Shown: positions 29,601 to 42,340, counted from the first letter of the stretch. The stretch is 64,000 nt of DNA from Waddliaceae bacterium (GCA_963783885.1 CAWAPJ010000001.1:96001-160000), one strand, 5' to 3'. Notes: generated by a model from the letters alone, not told the origin. Translations and numbers: made by a program.

Positions 29601-29729
29601 CAGGCCTTTATGTGGGAAAAACGGCAGCTTTACAGACAGCTGTCGCTCTATTACCACTGCCGAGGCGACCAGCAAAAGAAAGATCTTTATCAAGAACTGG
29701 CAAAAAAACAGGTGATCAATGCAGATTAA
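26688..29729 (+). CDS. pknD: Ser/Thr protein kinase, chlamydial PknD type
   Basis: IGKGGMGEVFLAYD, ALK, HRDIKGEN, LDWG, YMAPE; C-terminal VPDAFLA...FPGRQEG...GAPLEYLGKALVY. Confidence 0.88.
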   Translation: MERPRKNESKEIVCPSCGSHFFLSGDKKAHPAFCTYCGHTLDQSRDQETTLEEISFVQKHIPDEESVQFSIGSYQILKRIGKGGMGEVFLAYDTECGRRIALKRIRTDLKNRKQLLQRFLKEARITAQLTHPSIIPIYTIHEDGQNIYYTMPFVEGETLREIINKARKLEKKGEKSESAGTSIPSLARILVNVCQAISYAHSHGVLHRDIKGENIIVGKFGEVMILDWGLAKIVKSPPEDEVFEEEKPTSPDITAIGKVVGTISYMAPERARGNPATTLTDIYALGVLLFVILTLRHPFKRGNLEEFRKTMVNEVFKDPAEIAPYRDVPQLLGQISRKCLSVNPEERYQTVDELIHDLENYIEGRSEWFEVCQLDILQKDDWQFQEHVLMAEQMAITRTPESSQWVTLMISEKSFAENIRIDARVKIYSDGHGIGFLLSIPETSERRHLNDGYCLWLGTEDHKATKLLRSTVEVLHTPDIFLESGVWHRIRIEKIDHNIYFYLNKALQFSYISHIPLTGTHVGLICRDTNFDLESFSVSLGSQSVMVNCLTVPDAFLAHKYYDIALSEYRRIGYTFPGRQEGREAMFRAGITLLEQGRYQSELKKSQEFYDLALQEFEKLHRTPGAPLEYLGKALVYKTLQDISEEVKCYMLAYRRYPKHPLLSVLDEQVAYRMHECSRYHRHATYELVLLVNRHIPTVQKTPHTQKLIETLQRHWETLPFIQNDPCGAHVSKVSNISFSLLLSFWLAKPLFIEELIDSLIKLDNIYPITFFNALYCILELGAADLVSELFAKTLETRPEDESKFLIKAFTPFAFAVKAERAPIQEVLEDFLISLKREINFNEMRILIYLIEKALSEEKTSLVYEALDRLNITQLETKQRLRLDYYRIWALLIDKRWSEAGKVFERYPLEYIGEEKSAFHFLYGCWLYVTEGPEIAKAHFSGVLEVSFPRSWTLATHYINERFYDGHRWFQQAFMWEKRQLYRQLSLYYHCRGDQQKKDLYQELAKKQVINAD

Positions 29730-30246
29730 AACATTGAATAGCAACATTATCCTCGATGAGTTTCTCAAAGTCAAAAAAGAACATCTTCGTTTCCCAAACG
29801 GTTATGAGCACAACCACTACACCCTTACACTGCCTGCGAAAACATCAGTTTCAATCGTACCCGTCACAGAAGATGGGCAGCTAATCATCAACGAAGAGTA
29901 CCGGCACCCCGCCGGGGGAAGAGTTCTCAGCCTTCCCGGCGGTTTTCTTCATGAAAATGAATCGCCCAAAGAAGGAGGCAGACGTGAGCTGCTTGAAGAA
30001 ACGGGCTTTGAGGCAAAGAATTTTAAGGAACTGGGTCGATCATTCCCTATGCCGGGCATCTGCGACCAAAAAGTGATCTATGTTCTCGCTGAAAACTGCC
30101 GAAAAACACGCCAGCCCGAGCTTGAGGGGGGAGAGATTATACAAACGTTTACATTCTCGCTTGAAGAGCTCAGGGATAAAATCAGGCAAGGCGCCGCAGT
30201 CGACGGCATCCTTCTTACCGGCCTGTGCTTTTATCAGATGGGGTAG
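29719..30246 (+). CDS. NUDIX hydrolase (ADP-ribose pyrophosphatase-like)
   Basis: Nudix box LPGG...ENESPKEGGRRELLEETG. Confidence 0.9.
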   Translation: MQIKTLNSNIILDEFLKVKKEHLRFPNGYEHNHYTLTLPAKTSVSIVPVTEDGQLIINEEYRHPAGGRVLSLPGGFLHENESPKEGGRRELLEETGFEAKNFKELGRSFPMPGICDQKVIYVLAENCRKTRQPELEGGEIIQTFTFSLEELRDKIRQGAAVDGILLTGLCFYQMG

Positions 30247-31760
30247 GCCGCTTTAAGCGCCTCCTGCCTTTTTTTAAATTCATTTTTAATCGCATCGCAT
30301 CGTTTTATATCTCCGCGCTTCTTAGCAGCCATAAACTCATTTTTGATAAATCCCATGACAGGAACCGGAGGAATTTTGCTGTTTCTTAACTGTTTTTGAT
30401 ATTTCTCTTTAGTGTCGATTATGCTATTAAATGCCTTGCTCAATTCCTTCTTTTGCAAAAGTTGATTCAAACACATTGCAATCTCAAAATTTTTTACTCT
30501 GATAGACTCATTGAACAAAGCGATGAGATTGTCCATGAGATTTTTTCGTTGTTTTATCTTTTTTGTTTCCAAGATCTCTTGATGCAAAACCTGATAAAGG
30601 CTATCAGCAAGCCGATCGATATTACGGGACACGAATTTTTCTATACAATTTGCATGCCACCCTGCCATGATTTCTGTCACTTCATGGACTCTTAATTTTC
30701 TTATAAGCATTCGGCGATCTACGTTTTCGGATAGGCCTGCTTCGCCCGCGCTGCGGTCTCCAGGAACGTATATCAGCGAACGCTTACATTTTCTTTTTTT
30801 CAAGTCTGAAACTTTGGGGGATTTCATCTTATCAATTCGCAATATTAATTGCCTTATGTAGCCCAATCTTTCACACAGAAGATCAGAAGATGAAGTTAAA
30901 ACAAATATTTTCTGAATATAAACTCTTAACTGATATAAAAGGACGAATGTATTGTTGATATTACTTTTCCATATCTTATCAATCACCATTGTGTGATCAG
31001 GGTCTATGACAAATGAACATTGAAAATACCGATTGTTTTCTAGACAATGCTCCAAATAAGAATGCATTAATTCCCTTGTTACGACAATATTATGATCCAA
31101 CAGGCTGATCTGGGGATCTTTGATGTCAGGACCTTGTAGAGTTTCATTAAAAAAAATGCGACGGCATAAATTTTTATATATATCAGGATATTTGTTTTTC
31201 AGAGAATTATAAGTCCTCTTGATTAACAATTGGTATATTTCTTCATCCGACAAATCAGGTTTTTTTTCCCACAATATCTTCATGATAATGAAATGACACA
31301 GTTGGACTGAGCGATAGGATCTTAGACAAGGCTTTAAATCTTCGGATAATTGTTCCAAAGTATATTTGACATTGTTCAAGACGATAGAGTTGTATTCAGA
31401 TTGCAATTGATTTCTAAATTTCTCCGATTTTGATATTAATTGAAAATAGAAGATTCCCGAAAATTTCCAATTATACTCAAATCCAAATTTAGAAAATTTT
31501 GTTGCGACATCCAGATCCGACCAACTGGCAGGTTTCAGTTGAATCACTTTTTGAAGAATATTTGTGACTGTAGACAAATTCCTGTTTTTTTCAATGCAAC
31601 CAATCTGATAAAGGTCTTTTAAACACTCTTCCGCAATGTTGTCAATTTTGGGGCTTTTTTCAATCTGCCGATTGACATATCCTAGAGAAAACTCTACTGG
31701 ATCCGAACCTTCTTTATAATCCGGATATAACGTTCTCCAGTTATTCTGATAAATTATCAT
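30234..31760 (-). CDS. AT-rich hypothetical protein with RasGEF(CDC25)-like C-terminus; effector candidate
   Basis: QEILE...QRKNLMDNLIAL...VKNFEIAMCL and YQKQLRNSKIPPVPVMG resemble CDC25 conserved regions. Confidence 0.55.
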   Translation of the reverse strand: MIIYQNNWRTLYPDYKEGSDPVEFSLGYVNRQIEKSPKIDNIAEECLKDLYQIGCIEKNRNLSTVTNILQKVIQLKPASWSDLDVATKFSKFGFEYNWKFSGIFYFQLISKSEKFRNQLQSEYNSIVLNNVKYTLEQLSEDLKPCLRSYRSVQLCHFIIMKILWEKKPDLSDEEIYQLLIKRTYNSLKNKYPDIYKNLCRRIFFNETLQGPDIKDPQISLLDHNIVVTRELMHSYLEHCLENNRYFQCSFVIDPDHTMVIDKIWKSNINNTFVLLYQLRVYIQKIFVLTSSSDLLCERLGYIRQLILRIDKMKSPKVSDLKKRKCKRSLIYVPGDRSAGEAGLSENVDRRMLIRKLRVHEVTEIMAGWHANCIEKFVSRNIDRLADSLYQVLHQEILETKKIKQRKNLMDNLIALFNESIRVKNFEIAMCLNQLLQKKELSKAFNSIIDTKEKYQKQLRNSKIPPVPVMGFIKNEFMAAKKRGDIKRCDAIKNEFKKRQEALKAAYPI

Positions 31761-31836
31761 TTGCTTCCCTCATGATTACACAAAAGAGCAATTTTATATC
31801 TAATTTTGCAAAATTAAGTCAAAGAAAAAAATGAAT

Positions 31837-31865
31837 AAAACCGAGGCCTAAAGGCCTCGGTTTTT
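31837..31865. terminator. Intrinsic terminator after rpoC (bidirectional form)
   Basis: aaaaccgaggcct-aa-aggcctcggttttt. Confidence 0.85.
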
Positions 31866-31870
31866 GTTGA

Positions 31871-34800
31871 TTACTTTTTGGAGTTAACCGGTTCGACAGA
31901 CTCGAAGTCGAAGACAAGGTCTTCGGCTTCGGCAGAATCAATAGACGCATATGTTCGCTTATGCTCATCGAATCCGGTTCCGGCAGGGATAGTGTGTCCC
32001 ATAATGATGTTCTCTTTGAAACCTCGCAGATAGTCCTTTTTCCCTGAAAATGCAGCTTCGGTAAGGATACGGGTTGTATCCTGGAAAGAAGCAGCTGAAA
32101 TAAAGGATTCGGTACTCAAAGACGACTTAGTGATTCCGAGAAGAAGTGGAGCCGCCTGTGATGCTTTGCCGCCTTCTGCCGTCACCTTCTCGTTTTCGGT
32201 CTCAAACTGCTTCTTGTCAACTTCCTCGCCGAACAGAAGGCTTGTATCGCCGGGATCGACTACGCGCACCTTTTTCAGCATTTGCCGAACTACGATCTCA
32301 ATGTGTTTGTCGTTAATATCGACACCCTGCAGGCGGTAAACTTCCTGCACCTGATTGACCAGATATTTCTGAAGTTCGCGCACTCCGCATACCTCCAAAA
32401 TCTCATGGGGAATGACCGATCCGTCGGTAAGCTGCTGTCCTTTAACTACATGATCGCCACGTTGAACAATCAAGTGTTTTGTATGAGGAATCAGATGCTC
32501 TTCCTGCATGCCCGATACTTCATCGCGAACGATGACAAGACGCTTATTTTTGTGCACACCGAAATCCACGATTCCATCGATTTTAGCAATCTCGGCAGCA
32601 TCTTTAGGCTTGCGCGCCTCAAGAAGTTCGGCAACGCGGGGCAGCCCCCCCGTGATGTCCTTCGTCTTCATCGCTCCTCTCGGCAGACGGGCCAGCAGTG
32701 TTCCGGCTGAAGCGAAATTGTTTTCTTCGACGGAGATAATCGCCCCGCTTGGGATCGGATAGGTTCCGACCAGTTCCTTGAAATCCTTGTCGGAATAAAT
32801 CGCGATTTGCGGGTGAAGCTCGCCGCGGTGCTGCTTGACAATCAACTCCACCTGGCCTGTTTGCTTATTCGTCACACGCTCGGTGGAAATCCCTTCAACG
32901 AGATCCTCATACTTCGCGTAGCCCGGCCTGTCGCAAATAATCGGGATATTGTGCTGTTCCCACTCCCCGATTTTTTGCCCTTTCTTGACTACGGCTGCGT
33001 CCTCGACAAATATTCTAGTACCCAGTTCGATGTTGATTGTTTGCAGCGCTTCGATGGATTTGGTGCTGAGAAGCTGTTTGTATTCCTCAAGCTTCCTACC
33101 TTCATCCCTGACGATATTGAGGGTACCGTTTTTGTTAAGAACTACCCAGTTGCCTTCGTCATTTTGAACGGTCCTTAAGTCGGTGTAGATGACAACGCCA
33201 TCGCTCTCAGTCACCAACTCGGGACTGATGCTTGCAGAAGCAATACCCCCGATGTGGAACGTTCTCATCGTCAGCTGTGTACCCGGCTCTCCAATCGACT
33301 GGGCCGCTATGATGCCTATTGCCTCGCCCAGGCTGACCTTTCGGCCATTAGCCAGGTTAACGCCGTAGCAAGTCGCACAAACGCCCCATTTAGTTTCGCA
33401 AGTGAGGACTGAGCGGACTTTGACTGTATCGATACCGGCGTCGTCGATTCTCTCCGCCTGTTCAAGGGTGAGGACATCTCCCGCTTTGGCAAGAAGCTTT
33501 GACTTGTCGCCGGGCTGGTAGATATCTTCGCACACGGCACGGCCGAAGATACGGTCTTTGATCGGCAATAATTCTTCCTGCCCCTGCTTGATCGCCGAAA
33601 CCTCGATTCCATTCAGCGTGCCGCAATCTTCTTCGGTCACAATGACGTCAAGAGAGACATCGACAAGCCTTCTTGTCAGGTAGCCGGAGTCGGCTGTTTT
33701 GAGAGCGGTATCTGAAAGCCCTTTTCTCGCTCCGTGAGACGAGGTGAAGTACTGCCCGGGCGTTAAACCTTCGCGAAAGTTGGTTTTAATCGGATATTCG
33801 ATAATTTCACCGGAAGGTTTGGCCATCAGGCCCCTCAGGCCGCCGAGCTGCTTAATTTGAGATTTGGTACCCCGCGCTCCGGAGTCGAGCATCATAAACA
33901 ACGAGTTGAGTTGTTCATTTTCAATTTTGGAGATCATATCGAAAAGGATTTCCGAAATCTTTTCTGTCACTTCGGTCCAAATGTTGATTACTTTCGATTT
34001 TCTCTCCCCGTCGGTAATGATACCGTCGTCATATTGCTTCTTGACAGAGCTCACTTGTTTTTCGGCCTGTTCAAGAAGCTTTTTCTTTGCTTCGGGAACT
34101 TTGATATCGCTGATACCGATTGAAATTCCCGACTTTGTCGCTTCGTAGAATCCAATACTTTTTAAGTTGTCTAGAAACCGAACGGTTTTTTCAAGGCCGA
34201 CTCTTTTGTAACATTGGAGGACAAGTTCTCCAAGCCTCTTTTTGGGAAGCTGGTAGTTTTGAAATCCAAGTTCGTCGGGTACAATTGTATTGAAAATCAC
34301 CCGCCCCGGCGTAGTTTCGATGATGCCGACTCTTGTCCTGAGCTTAATCTTCTCATGGAGTCTCAGACCCCGGCCTAGATTATCCGTACGTCCCTTTTCT
34401 CCTTCTTGGTGTTTTTCGTCGAACCAGTTGTAGCTCCCTGACGAATTCAACGCGAGCAGAACTTCCCGATTGTCTCTGAAAACTTTGACCGGCTTCCCGT
34501 AATCCTCAGGATTATAAATGGGATCGTGCATCAAATAGTACAGACCGAGAGCCATATCCTGACTCGGAACGGCGGAGGGCTTGCCCGATGAAGGGAGGAA
34601 TATATTGTCCGGCGCCATCATCAGCATGCGTGCTTCGATTTGCGCTTCTACCGAAAGAGGCACATAGACTGCCATCTGGTCACCGTCGAAGTCGGCGTTG
34701 AATGCCGAGCAGACGAGCGGATGGACGCGTATTGCCTTTCCTTCAATGAGGATCGGCTCAAATGCCTGGATACCCAGACGGTGGAGTGTTGGCGCGCGGT

Positions 34801-36058
34801 TTAAGAGAACCGGGTGATGCTGAATGATCTTTTCCAGCACGTCCCAAACTTCCGGGTCATGCCTCTGGATCATCTTTTTTGCCGATTTTATGGTATAGAC
34901 ATACCCCAGATCCTTGAGCTCTTTGACAATGAATGGTTCAAACAGCTCAAGAGCCATCAATTTAGGAAGGCCGCACTGATTAAATTTCAATTCAGGGCCG
35001 ACAATAATAACGGAACGGCCGGAATAATCGACACGTTTACCCAATAGATTCTGTCTGAAACGGCCGGATTTACCCTTTAGCATTTCAGAAAGCGATTTAA
35101 GCGGACGGTTGCCGGCGCCCATTACCGGGTGGCCGTGACGACCGTTGTCAAAAAGAGCATCGACAGCTTCCTGAAGCATCCGTTTTTCGTTTCTGACAAT
35201 GACTTCGGGAGTTTTGAGTTTGAGTATCTGCTTTAAGCGGTTGTTTCGGTTGATAACCCGGCGATAAAGATCATTCAAGTCCGATGTCGCAAAACGCCCG
35301 CCATCAAGGGGAACAAGAGGACGGAGGTCCGGAGGTATCACCGGAATTGCGGACATCACCATCCATTGGGGTTTATTCTCGGAGCTCATAAAGCTCTCTA
35401 CAATCTTAAGCCGCTTGGCTATCTTCATCCGTCCCTGTTGAGACTTTGTCTTCCTTAATTTTTCCTTAAGCTCATTAAGAATGATAGAAAGGTCTTCCGA
35501 TTGAAGGAGATCCTGAATTGCTTCACCGCCCATTTTAGCGACAAAAGCACCGCGTCCCCACTTTTCCTGCGCTTCGCGGAATTCGACATCGTCAAGAAGC
35601 TGTTTTTTTTCAAGATCCGTTTCTCCCGGATCTGTCACAACCCACTCTTCATAATAAATGATTCTTTCAAGATCGCCAGCAGTCATACCTAAAAGATTGC
35701 CTATGCGGGAGGGCATTGTTTTGAAAAACCAGATATGAACAATAGGCACTGCCAGGTCTATGTGCGCCATCCTTTCCCGGCGCACTTTGGACAATGTCAC
35801 CTCGACACCGCAGCGATCGCACACGATTCCTTTATGTTTAATCTTTTTGTATTTGCCGCAAGCACACTCCCAGTCCCTGGTAGGCCCGAAAATCTTCTCG
35901 CAAAAGAGTCCGCCTTTTTCAGGTTTGAAAGTACGATAGTTGATCGTTTCAGGTTTTTTTATTTCGCCCCGAGACCATTCATTGCAAATGACTTCGTCTG
36001 AAGCGAGCTGAATCGTCAAACTATCAAAATGTTGCTGCTGCTGTGTTTCTTCGGCCAT
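31871..36058 (-). CDS. rpoC: RNA polymerase beta' subunit
   Basis: [33 protein letters not shown]. Confidence 0.99.
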   Translation of the reverse strand: MAEETQQQQHFDSLTIQLASDEVICNEWSRGEIKKPETINYRTFKPEKGGLFCEKIFGPTRDWECACGKYKKIKHKGIVCDRCGVEVTLSKVRRERMAHIDLAVPIVHIWFFKTMPSRIGNLLGMTAGDLERIIYYEEWVVTDPGETDLEKKQLLDDVEFREAQEKWGRGAFVAKMGGEAIQDLLQSEDLSIILNELKEKLRKTKSQQGRMKIAKRLKIVESFMSSENKPQWMVMSAIPVIPPDLRPLVPLDGGRFATSDLNDLYRRVINRNNRLKQILKLKTPEVIVRNEKRMLQEAVDALFDNGRHGHPVMGAGNRPLKSLSEMLKGKSGRFRQNLLGKRVDYSGRSVIIVGPELKFNQCGLPKLMALELFEPFIVKELKDLGYVYTIKSAKKMIQRHDPEVWDVLEKIIQHHPVLLNRAPTLHRLGIQAFEPILIEGKAIRVHPLVCSAFNADFDGDQMAVYVPLSVEAQIEARMLMMAPDNIFLPSSGKPSAVPSQDMALGLYYLMHDPIYNPEDYGKPVKVFRDNREVLLALNSSGSYNWFDEKHQEGEKGRTDNLGRGLRLHEKIKLRTRVGIIETTPGRVIFNTIVPDELGFQNYQLPKKRLGELVLQCYKRVGLEKTVRFLDNLKSIGFYEATKSGISIGISDIKVPEAKKKLLEQAEKQVSSVKKQYDDGIITDGERKSKVINIWTEVTEKISEILFDMISKIENEQLNSLFMMLDSGARGTKSQIKQLGGLRGLMAKPSGEIIEYPIKTNFREGLTPGQYFTSSHGARKGLSDTALKTADSGYLTRRLVDVSLDVIVTEEDCGTLNGIEVSAIKQGQEELLPIKDRIFGRAVCEDIYQPGDKSKLLAKAGDVLTLEQAERIDDAGIDTVKVRSVLTCETKWGVCATCYGVNLANGRKVSLGEAIGIIAAQSIGEPGTQLTMRTFHIGGIASASISPELVTESDGVVIYTDLRTVQNDEGNWVVLNKNGTLNIVRDEGRKLEEYKQLLSTKSIEALQTINIELGTRIFVEDAAVVKKGQKIGEWEQHNIPIICDRPGYAKYEDLVEGISTERVTNKQTGQVELIVKQHRGELHPQIAIYSDKDFKELVGTYPIPSGAIISVEENNFASAGTLLARLPRGAMKTKDITGGLPRVAELLEARKPKDAAEIAKIDGIVDFGVHKNKRLVIVRDEVSGMQEEHLIPHTKHLIVQRGDHVVKGQQLTDGSVIPHEILEVCGVRELQKYLVNQVQEVYRLQGVDINDKHIEIVVRQMLKKVRVVDPGDTSLLFGEEVDKKQFETENEKVTAEGGKASQAAPLLLGITKSSLSTESFISAASFQDTTRILTEAAFSGKKDYLRGFKENIIMGHTIPAGTGFDEHKRTYASIDSAEAEDLVFDFESVEPVNSKK

Positions 36059-36082
36059 GAATTTCTCCTACAAATGGGAAAA

Positions 36083-39000
36083 TTAATAACTTATTTCTTC
36101 TACTCTTTCCGCTTTAATATCGAGCCCGAGCCCTTGCATCTCTTTAATCAAAACATTAAATGATTCCGGCGTACCGGCTACTAGAGTGTTTTCACCTTTA
36201 ACGATTGACTCGTAGATGCGCGTTCTTCCGGAAACGTCGTCAGATTTTACAGTCAATAGTTCTTGCAGCAAGTGGGCCGCGCCGTAGGCTTCTGCCGCCC
36301 ACACTTCCATCTCCCCAAAACGCTGACCTCCCATTTGAGCCTTTCCGCCAAGGGGCTGCTGGGTTACTAGTGAATAAGGACCAACGGCACGGGCGTGGAT
36401 TTTATCCGAAACCAAGTGGCCAAGCTTCATCATATAAATGTAGCCAACAACAGTCGGGTAATCAAAACGCTCGCCGTTCCTTCCGTCATATAGATAAAAT
36501 TTACCATCTTCAGGCAAACCGTTTTCTCTCAGCATGCTCCAGATTTGATCTTCAGGAAACCCTTCAAATACAGGCGTTTTAATAAATACTCCAGATTTTT
36601 TAGCGGCAAATCCGAGGTGTGTTTCAAAGACCTGTCCCAGGTTCATACGAGAGGCAATACCTAGGGGATTGAGAATAATCTCCACGCTTTGCCCATTGTT
36701 TAGGTACGGCATATCTGCTTCAGGAACAATGTTGGATACGACCCCTTTGTTTCCGTGGCGCCCTGCCATTTTATCGCCCACTTCAAGTTTTCTTTTAGTT
36801 GCAATATAAACTTTTACCTGGCGGATGATGCCCGGTTCTAAGTCCGTATCCCCTTTTCGGAGCTGCTCGACTTCCGTCTTATACTTCATTTCGAGAGACA
36901 AGAGCGCCGTATCATAATCTCTGAGGATTTGCTTCAGGACATTATAGACATCATTTTCCGGCATAAGCAGATCTTCAACAGCTTCGTTTTCAAGGACATC
37001 GATAACATCTTCGGTAATCAGCTCGCCTTCCTGCGCAATCACCGCGGCGGTTTTTCGGTGGACAATGGTTCCCGGAGCCATTTCTCCCTGAAGAAGAACC
37101 GTCATCTTTTCATATTTTTCATTGCGGAGCTGAGTTTGTTGAACCTTGTAGTCTCTTTGCAGCTCTTTCAATTTAGCCGCCTCTTCGACAAGCTCGTCGT
37201 CTGTCTTCGCGATTCTTTCCTTGCGGCTGAATAGCTTAATGTCCATCACGACACCTTCTACTCCAGTGGGGACTACCAAAGACGCATCTTTGACATCCGC
37301 CGCTTTTTCTCCAAAGATCGCTCTAAGCAGGCGTTCTTCAGGAGCTAGTTCGGTTTCTGACTTAGGCGTAATTTTTCCAACAAGAATATCGCCGGGTTTT
37401 ACCTCGGTTCCGATGCAGATAATTCCATCATCGTCGAGATTTGCTAGCGCTTCTTCAGAAACATTTGGGATATCTCTTGTTATTTCTTCCTTTCCAAGCT
37501 TGGTATCCCTTGCTGTAATTTCAAACTCTTCAATATGAATTGATGTGAAATAATCCTGCACAAGAAGCTTTTCAGAGATAATGATGGCGTCTTCAAAGTT
37601 ATATCCCATCCACGGCATGAAAGCTACGAGAACATTCTTGCCAAGTGCGATTTCTCCTCTGTCGGTTGCAGGACCATCTGCAATCACATCCCCTGCAGAC
37701 ACCTCATCGCCAACATAGCAAAGAGGAACCTGATTAACGCACGTTCCCGAGTTTGAGCGTATGAATTTTTTCAAATGATAGGTCTTTTTATCCAGTCGGT
37801 TTCTCTTGGAGGAAATCACAATGATTGATCCGTCGACATATTCGACAATTCCGTCATCTTCGGCTATCAGAGCAGCTCCGGAGTCGCGGGCGGCTTTCAG
37901 TTCAAGACCTGTTCCCACAATCGGCGCTTCAGCCTTAAGCAGCGGAACACCCTGACGCTGCATGTTCGATCCCATCAATGCCCGGTTGGCATCGTTATGC
38001 TCCAAAAACGGAATCAAACCGGTTACAATCGAAACAAGCTGTTTGGGAGATACATCCATATGAGTCACATTGGATGTCTCGCTCTCAATTTGCTCGCCTC
38101 GATAACGAGCCCAGCATTTTTCTTCAATGAACATGCTCATTTCATCTAATGGCGCCGACGCCTGAGCAATCACATATCTTTCTTCCTGGTCCGCGGTCAT
38201 ATACTCGACCTCTTCGGTGACAATGCCATCTCGGACAATGCGATAGGGAGTTTCAATAAAACCGAACTCGTTGATTTTCGCAAATGAAGACAGGGAAGTA
38301 ATCAATCCGATGTTCGGACCTTCAGGAGTCTCGATCGGACAAATTCTTCCATAATGGCTTGTGTGTACGTCGCGCACTTCAAACCCGGCCCTATCCCGGT
38401 TTAAGCCCCCGGGCCCTAGGGATGACAGACGTCTTTTATGGGTTAGTTCGGCTACGGGATTTGTTTGATCCATGAATTGCGACAACTGAGAACGTCCAAA
38501 AAAGTCCTTAAGAACACCCGACAGGGCTTTAGCCGAAACAATTTTACCCGGAGTGAGCGTATCGGAGCTGAAGTCAAAGAGATTCATTCTCTCCCGTATA
38601 ATTTTTTCCATCCTAGCGAGGCCGATGCGGCACTGATTTTGTATAAGCTCTCCAACAGAACGCACGCGCCTGTTGCCCAGGTGGTCAATGTCGTCGATGT
38701 TTGTATCCTCGTCGCCGTTTCTGAGCCGGATAAGATACTTAACAGCCTCGATAACATCTTCTTTTGTCATTGTCAGATTCGACAGCGTCTCGTCATTAAC
38801 ATCCATTCCCAGCTTTGTATTGAGCTTATAGCGCCCAACCCGGCCAAGGTTGTAACGTTTGGAGTCAAAAAATAGGCGCATGATAGCTGATCGCGCATTG
38901 GACAAAGTTGCCGGTTCCCCGGGACGAATCTTCCGATAAAAGTCTTTTAAAGCCGATTCATAGGAATCGGTTGGATCTTTTGCCAGCATCTTAATAATCG

Positions 39001-39853
39001 GGCTGGTTTCGTCGGCATCTTCAGCTATGCGAATTGTCGTGATTCCCGCATCCATCATCCGTTTTAGCATTGCGGTTGTCAACTTTTCCGCAGCCTTACC
39101 GAATACAAGCCCGCTTTCTTCGTCAACGACATCTTCTGCCAGGATTTTACCGACATATTTAGCAATTTCCTTTTCGGATTTTATCTTCACTTTCCGTGTA
39201 TTGAAGAACTCTTCAATAATATCGGAATTAGAGGAGAATCCAAGGGTTCTGACAAAAGTCGTGGCAAGAATTTTCCGACGCCTTTGCTTTCTGTCTACAT
39301 AGATATAGATTAGATCGTTTGCATCGAACGAGGCTTCCAGCCAACTTCCTCTATAAGGGATAATACGGAAAGAATAAAGCATCTGGCCTCGGGAATGTTT
39401 TTCCCGTTCAAAGCAAATTCCGGGAGAACGGTGCAGCTGGGAGACGACGACCCTTTCAGCTCCATTAATAATGAAAGTCCCCTTATCCGTCATGACCGGA
39501 ATGGTTCCCATGTACACTTCTTCTTCTTTAATTCCCGTCTCATCCGTGAGGCGGAACTTGACTTTGAGTGTGACGCTGTAAGTGATGCCTCGCCGAATGC
39601 ATTCATCGGGATTGTATTTCGGAACACCCAGGCTGTATGACAAGTACTCTAAAACCGTCTTTTCATCATAGGATTTGATGGGGAATATATCGGTAAAAAT
39701 TTCCTGCAAACCTACATTTTCCCTACTCTCTGGAAACTGATCGGACTGTAGGAATTGATTGTACGATTTTATTTGGATTTCGATGAGGTTGGGAAGATCG
39801 ATAATATCTTCTTTTTCCTTGAAGCTAATCCTGACTGGCGGCCTTTTTAACAT
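36083..39853 (-). CDS. rpoB: RNA polymerase beta subunit
   Basis: [40 protein letters not shown]. Confidence 0.99.
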   Translation of the reverse strand: MLKRPPVRISFKEKEDIIDLPNLIEIQIKSYNQFLQSDQFPESRENVGLQEIFTDIFPIKSYDEKTVLEYLSYSLGVPKYNPDECIRRGITYSVTLKVKFRLTDETGIKEEEVYMGTIPVMTDKGTFIINGAERVVVSQLHRSPGICFEREKHSRGQMLYSFRIIPYRGSWLEASFDANDLIYIYVDRKQRRRKILATTFVRTLGFSSNSDIIEEFFNTRKVKIKSEKEIAKYVGKILAEDVVDEESGLVFGKAAEKLTTAMLKRMMDAGITTIRIAEDADETSPIIKMLAKDPTDSYESALKDFYRKIRPGEPATLSNARSAIMRLFFDSKRYNLGRVGRYKLNTKLGMDVNDETLSNLTMTKEDVIEAVKYLIRLRNGDEDTNIDDIDHLGNRRVRSVGELIQNQCRIGLARMEKIIRERMNLFDFSSDTLTPGKIVSAKALSGVLKDFFGRSQLSQFMDQTNPVAELTHKRRLSSLGPGGLNRDRAGFEVRDVHTSHYGRICPIETPEGPNIGLITSLSSFAKINEFGFIETPYRIVRDGIVTEEVEYMTADQEERYVIAQASAPLDEMSMFIEEKCWARYRGEQIESETSNVTHMDVSPKQLVSIVTGLIPFLEHNDANRALMGSNMQRQGVPLLKAEAPIVGTGLELKAARDSGAALIAEDDGIVEYVDGSIIVISSKRNRLDKKTYHLKKFIRSNSGTCVNQVPLCYVGDEVSAGDVIADGPATDRGEIALGKNVLVAFMPWMGYNFEDAIIISEKLLVQDYFTSIHIEEFEITARDTKLGKEEITRDIPNVSEEALANLDDDGIICIGTEVKPGDILVGKITPKSETELAPEERLLRAIFGEKAADVKDASLVVPTGVEGVVMDIKLFSRKERIAKTDDELVEEAAKLKELQRDYKVQQTQLRNEKYEKMTVLLQGEMAPGTIVHRKTAAVIAQEGELITEDVIDVLENEAVEDLLMPENDVYNVLKQILRDYDTALLSLEMKYKTEVEQLRKGDTDLEPGIIRQVKVYIATKRKLEVGDKMAGRHGNKGVVSNIVPEADMPYLNNGQSVEIILNPLGIASRMNLGQVFETHLGFAAKKSGVFIKTPVFEGFPEDQIWSMLRENGLPEDGKFYLYDGRNGERFDYPTVVGYIYMMKLGHLVSDKIHARAVGPYSLVTQQPLGGKAQMGGQRFGEMEVWAAEAYGAAHLLQELLTVKSDDVSGRTRIYESIVKGENTLVAGTPESFNVLIKEMQGLGLDIKAERVEEISY

Positions 39854-40147
39854 CCTGAAGGGCTCCCTCTTAAGTGATTTATTTTACTGAAAATGTTAGG
39901 CGCGAAATAACATAAGCATTCAGTGATCTGCGTCTGCAGAGAACGCTGATATATTTTCAAATTGGTTTTAGTAAAGAACATCAAAAAACGTAAATGCCTT
40001 GATAATCACAGACGCTTGCCATGTGAAAGTATCATTTATGTGCAACCCAGCTAAATTTTTATAGCATTTTAACAAAAAAGTCAAGAAATTCTCTTAACAG
40101 TAACACCTTTTTTCCATTTAGCGGGTGCTTTTCGAACAATTTGTATA

Positions 40148-40197
40148 AAAACCATGAAATGGGAGACTATCAATTGACTCCCATTTCATGTATTTTT
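40148..40197 (-). terminator. Terminator/attenuator between rplL and rpoB
   Basis: catgaaatgggag...ctcccatttcatg stem with A/T tracts on both sides. Confidence 0.7.
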
Positions 40198-40207
40198 AAG
40201 CGGAAGA

Positions 40208-40618
40208 TTAAACGCCTTTCAGCGTAACCTTAGCTCCGGCCGCTTCCAATTTCGATTTAATTTCATCGGCTTCGGCTTTAGGTGCCTTCTCTTTTATCAC
40301 TTTAGGTGCGCCTTCTACCATTTCCTTAGCTTCTTTTAAGCCAAGACCGGTAATTTCACGAACGACTTTGATGACTCCGATTTTCTTATCTGCTGGAGCT
40401 TCAGCAAGTGTTATTTCAAAGTCTGTCGCCTCTTCGGCTTCAGCAGCTGCGCCGCCGGCAGCAGGTGCTGCGACAACCTGTGCAGGTGCAGCAGCAGCTT
40501 CAACACCCCATGTATCTTCCAATGCTTTTTTGAGTTCAGCCATTTCAAGGACTGTCAACTCGCTAAGAGCTTTGACGAGTTCTCCAACTTTTGGACTGGT
40601 TTTTGTTTCTGTACTCAC
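40208..40618 (-). CDS. rplL: 50S ribosomal protein L7/L12
   Basis: [27 protein letters not shown] start. Confidence 0.98.
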   Translation of the reverse strand: MSTETKTSPKVGELVKALSELTVLEMAELKKALEDTWGVEAAAAPAQVVAAPAAGGAAAEAEEATDFEITLAEAPADKKIGVIKVVREITGLGLKEAKEMVEGAPKVIKEKAPKAEADEIKSKLEAAGAKVTLKGV

Positions 40619-40659
40619 GGTTAAACCTCTCTAATTTTTTTAAAAAAAAAGTAATTGTT

Positions 40660-41184
40660 TTATTCCTGATCATTTTCTTTCTTGCATTTATTATCCAAAC
40701 AATAAACGACGCTGGAAACCAATGCATTCATGACAGATAATGTTTGAGCCATAGGCGCTTGCAGGAGTCCGACAAACTGAGCTCGCAATTCTTGTTTACC
40801 TGGCAGTTTAGACAGTTCAGTCATCTGATTTTTATCAAGAACTGAGCCGTCAATTTGTCCACCAATAACATTCAGCCGATCCTGATTGTCTTCTTGATAC
40901 TCAAAAACAGCCTTTGTTGTTTCCATTGGATCTTCGCCGGCAAAAACCACGCCAATGTGTCCTGTCAATAAATTCAGGTCAAAATTATACCCCGACTTTT
41001 CTGCAGCAATCACAAACATTCTTTTGGGCAACATTTCGATTTCACCCCCGGTTTTTCTGATTTTCCGGCGAAATTTGTGTGCTTCGTTTGCAGACAAACC
41101 AAGGTAGCTTAGAATTACAAACGATCCGTATTGATCGATCTGCTCTCGAATCTCATCGAGAAGTAATTGTTTTTCTGCTCTCAT
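40660..41184 (-). CDS. rplJ: 50S ribosomal protein L10
   Basis: LSKLPGKQELRAQFVGLLQAP; operon position. Confidence 0.95.
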   Translation of the reverse strand: MRAEKQLLLDEIREQIDQYGSFVILSYLGLSANEAHKFRRKIRKTGGEIEMLPKRMFVIAAEKSGYNFDLNLLTGHIGVVFAGEDPMETTKAVFEYQEDNQDRLNVIGGQIDGSVLDKNQMTELSKLPGKQELRAQFVGLLQAPMAQTLSVMNALVSSVVYCLDNKCKKENDQE

Positions 41185-41199
41185 GATACCTTAGCTCCT

Positions 41200-41898
41200 T
41201 TACGCTGCTTCAACTTCACGAAGGTCGATTCTAATACCAGGACCCATCGTTGAGGAAAGCGCAACCGATTTAATATATTGTCCTTTAGCAGTTGCAGGTT
41301 TGGCACGAACGATAGCTTGCAAAAAAGCTCGAATGTTTTCAACAAGCTGTTCAGGCGCAAATGAGACTTTCCCGACAGCAGCGTGAATACCTGCGTGTTT
41401 ATCGATCTTAAATTCGATTTTACCGCCTTTAAGTTCGCCTACAGCTTTCGCAACATCGGGTGTCACTGTTCCACCTTTTGGAGTAGGCATTAAACCTCTA
41501 GGACCTAATATTTTACCAAGTTTTCCCACTTCGCGCATCATATCCGGTGTCGCCACCACTGCGTCAAAGTCGGTCCACCCGCCTTTGATTTTTTCAATCA
41601 ATTCTTCGTTTCCCGCGTAATCGGCACCAGCATCAAGAGCTTCCTTCACTTTTTCACCAGAGGTTATCACGATGATAACCATTGTTTTTCCGGTACCATT
41701 CGGTAGTGATACCGTTCCGCGAATGTGCTGATCGGATTTACGAGGGTCAACGCCAGTTCTTAAAGCAAGTTCAACCGACTGGTCAAATTTGACCGGCGGG
41801 CACTGCTTTAACAATTCGACAGCTTCTTCTACACTATATGATTTTGATTTATCATATAGATTTGCTATCTCCCGAAATCGCTTATTTGTTCGACCCAT
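41200..41898 (-). CDS. rplA: 50S ribosomal protein L1
   Basis: [34 protein letters not shown]. Confidence 0.98.
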   Translation of the reverse strand: MGRTNKRFREIANLYDKSKSYSVEEAVELLKQCPPVKFDQSVELALRTGVDPRKSDQHIRGTVSLPNGTGKTMVIIVITSGEKVKEALDAGADYAGNEELIEKIKGGWTDFDAVVATPDMMREVGKLGKILGPRGLMPTPKGGTVTPDVAKAVGELKGGKIEFKIDKHAGIHAAVGKVSFAPEQLVENIRAFLQAIVRAKPATAKGQYIKSVALSSTMGPGIRIDLREVEAA

Positions 41899-41905
41899 AA
41901 TATTT

Positions 41906-42340
41906 TTATTCCTCCACAAAGTCTACGCCCATAGAACGGCATGTTCCCAAAACGATTTTGACTGCAGCATCTTCGTCATTGGCGTTAAAATCCTGCATTT
42001 TTCTTTTTGCAATATTTAGCGCCTGACTGCGCGTAATGCGGCCGACTTTATCGCGGTTGGGAACTCCTGAACCTTTTGCAAGCCCAAGCTCTTTTTTTAT
42101 CAACTCTGGAACGGGCGGTTCCTTTGTAATATAATCAAACGATTTGTCCTCATACACAGAGATTTCAACCGGGAGAATGTCACCCCCTTTATCCTGAGTA
42201 CGAGCATTGAAGTCTTTACAAAAAGCCATAATGTTCAAACCGGCGGCGCCTAGCGCCGGCCCAATTGGCGGGGCTGGATTTGCTTTGCCGGCCGGTATCT
42301 GCAACTTGATGACTTTTACTACTTTTTTCTTCTTAGCCAT
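41906..42340 (-). CDS. rplK: 50S ribosomal protein L11
   Basis: [24 protein letters not shown]. Confidence 0.98.
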   Translation of the reverse strand: MAKKKKVVKVIKLQIPAGKANPAPPIGPALGAAGLNIMAFCKDFNARTQDKGGDILPVEISVYEDKSFDYITKEPPVPELIKKELGLAKGSGVPNRDKVGRITRSQALNIAKRKMQDFNANDEDAAVKIVLGTCRSMGVDFVEE

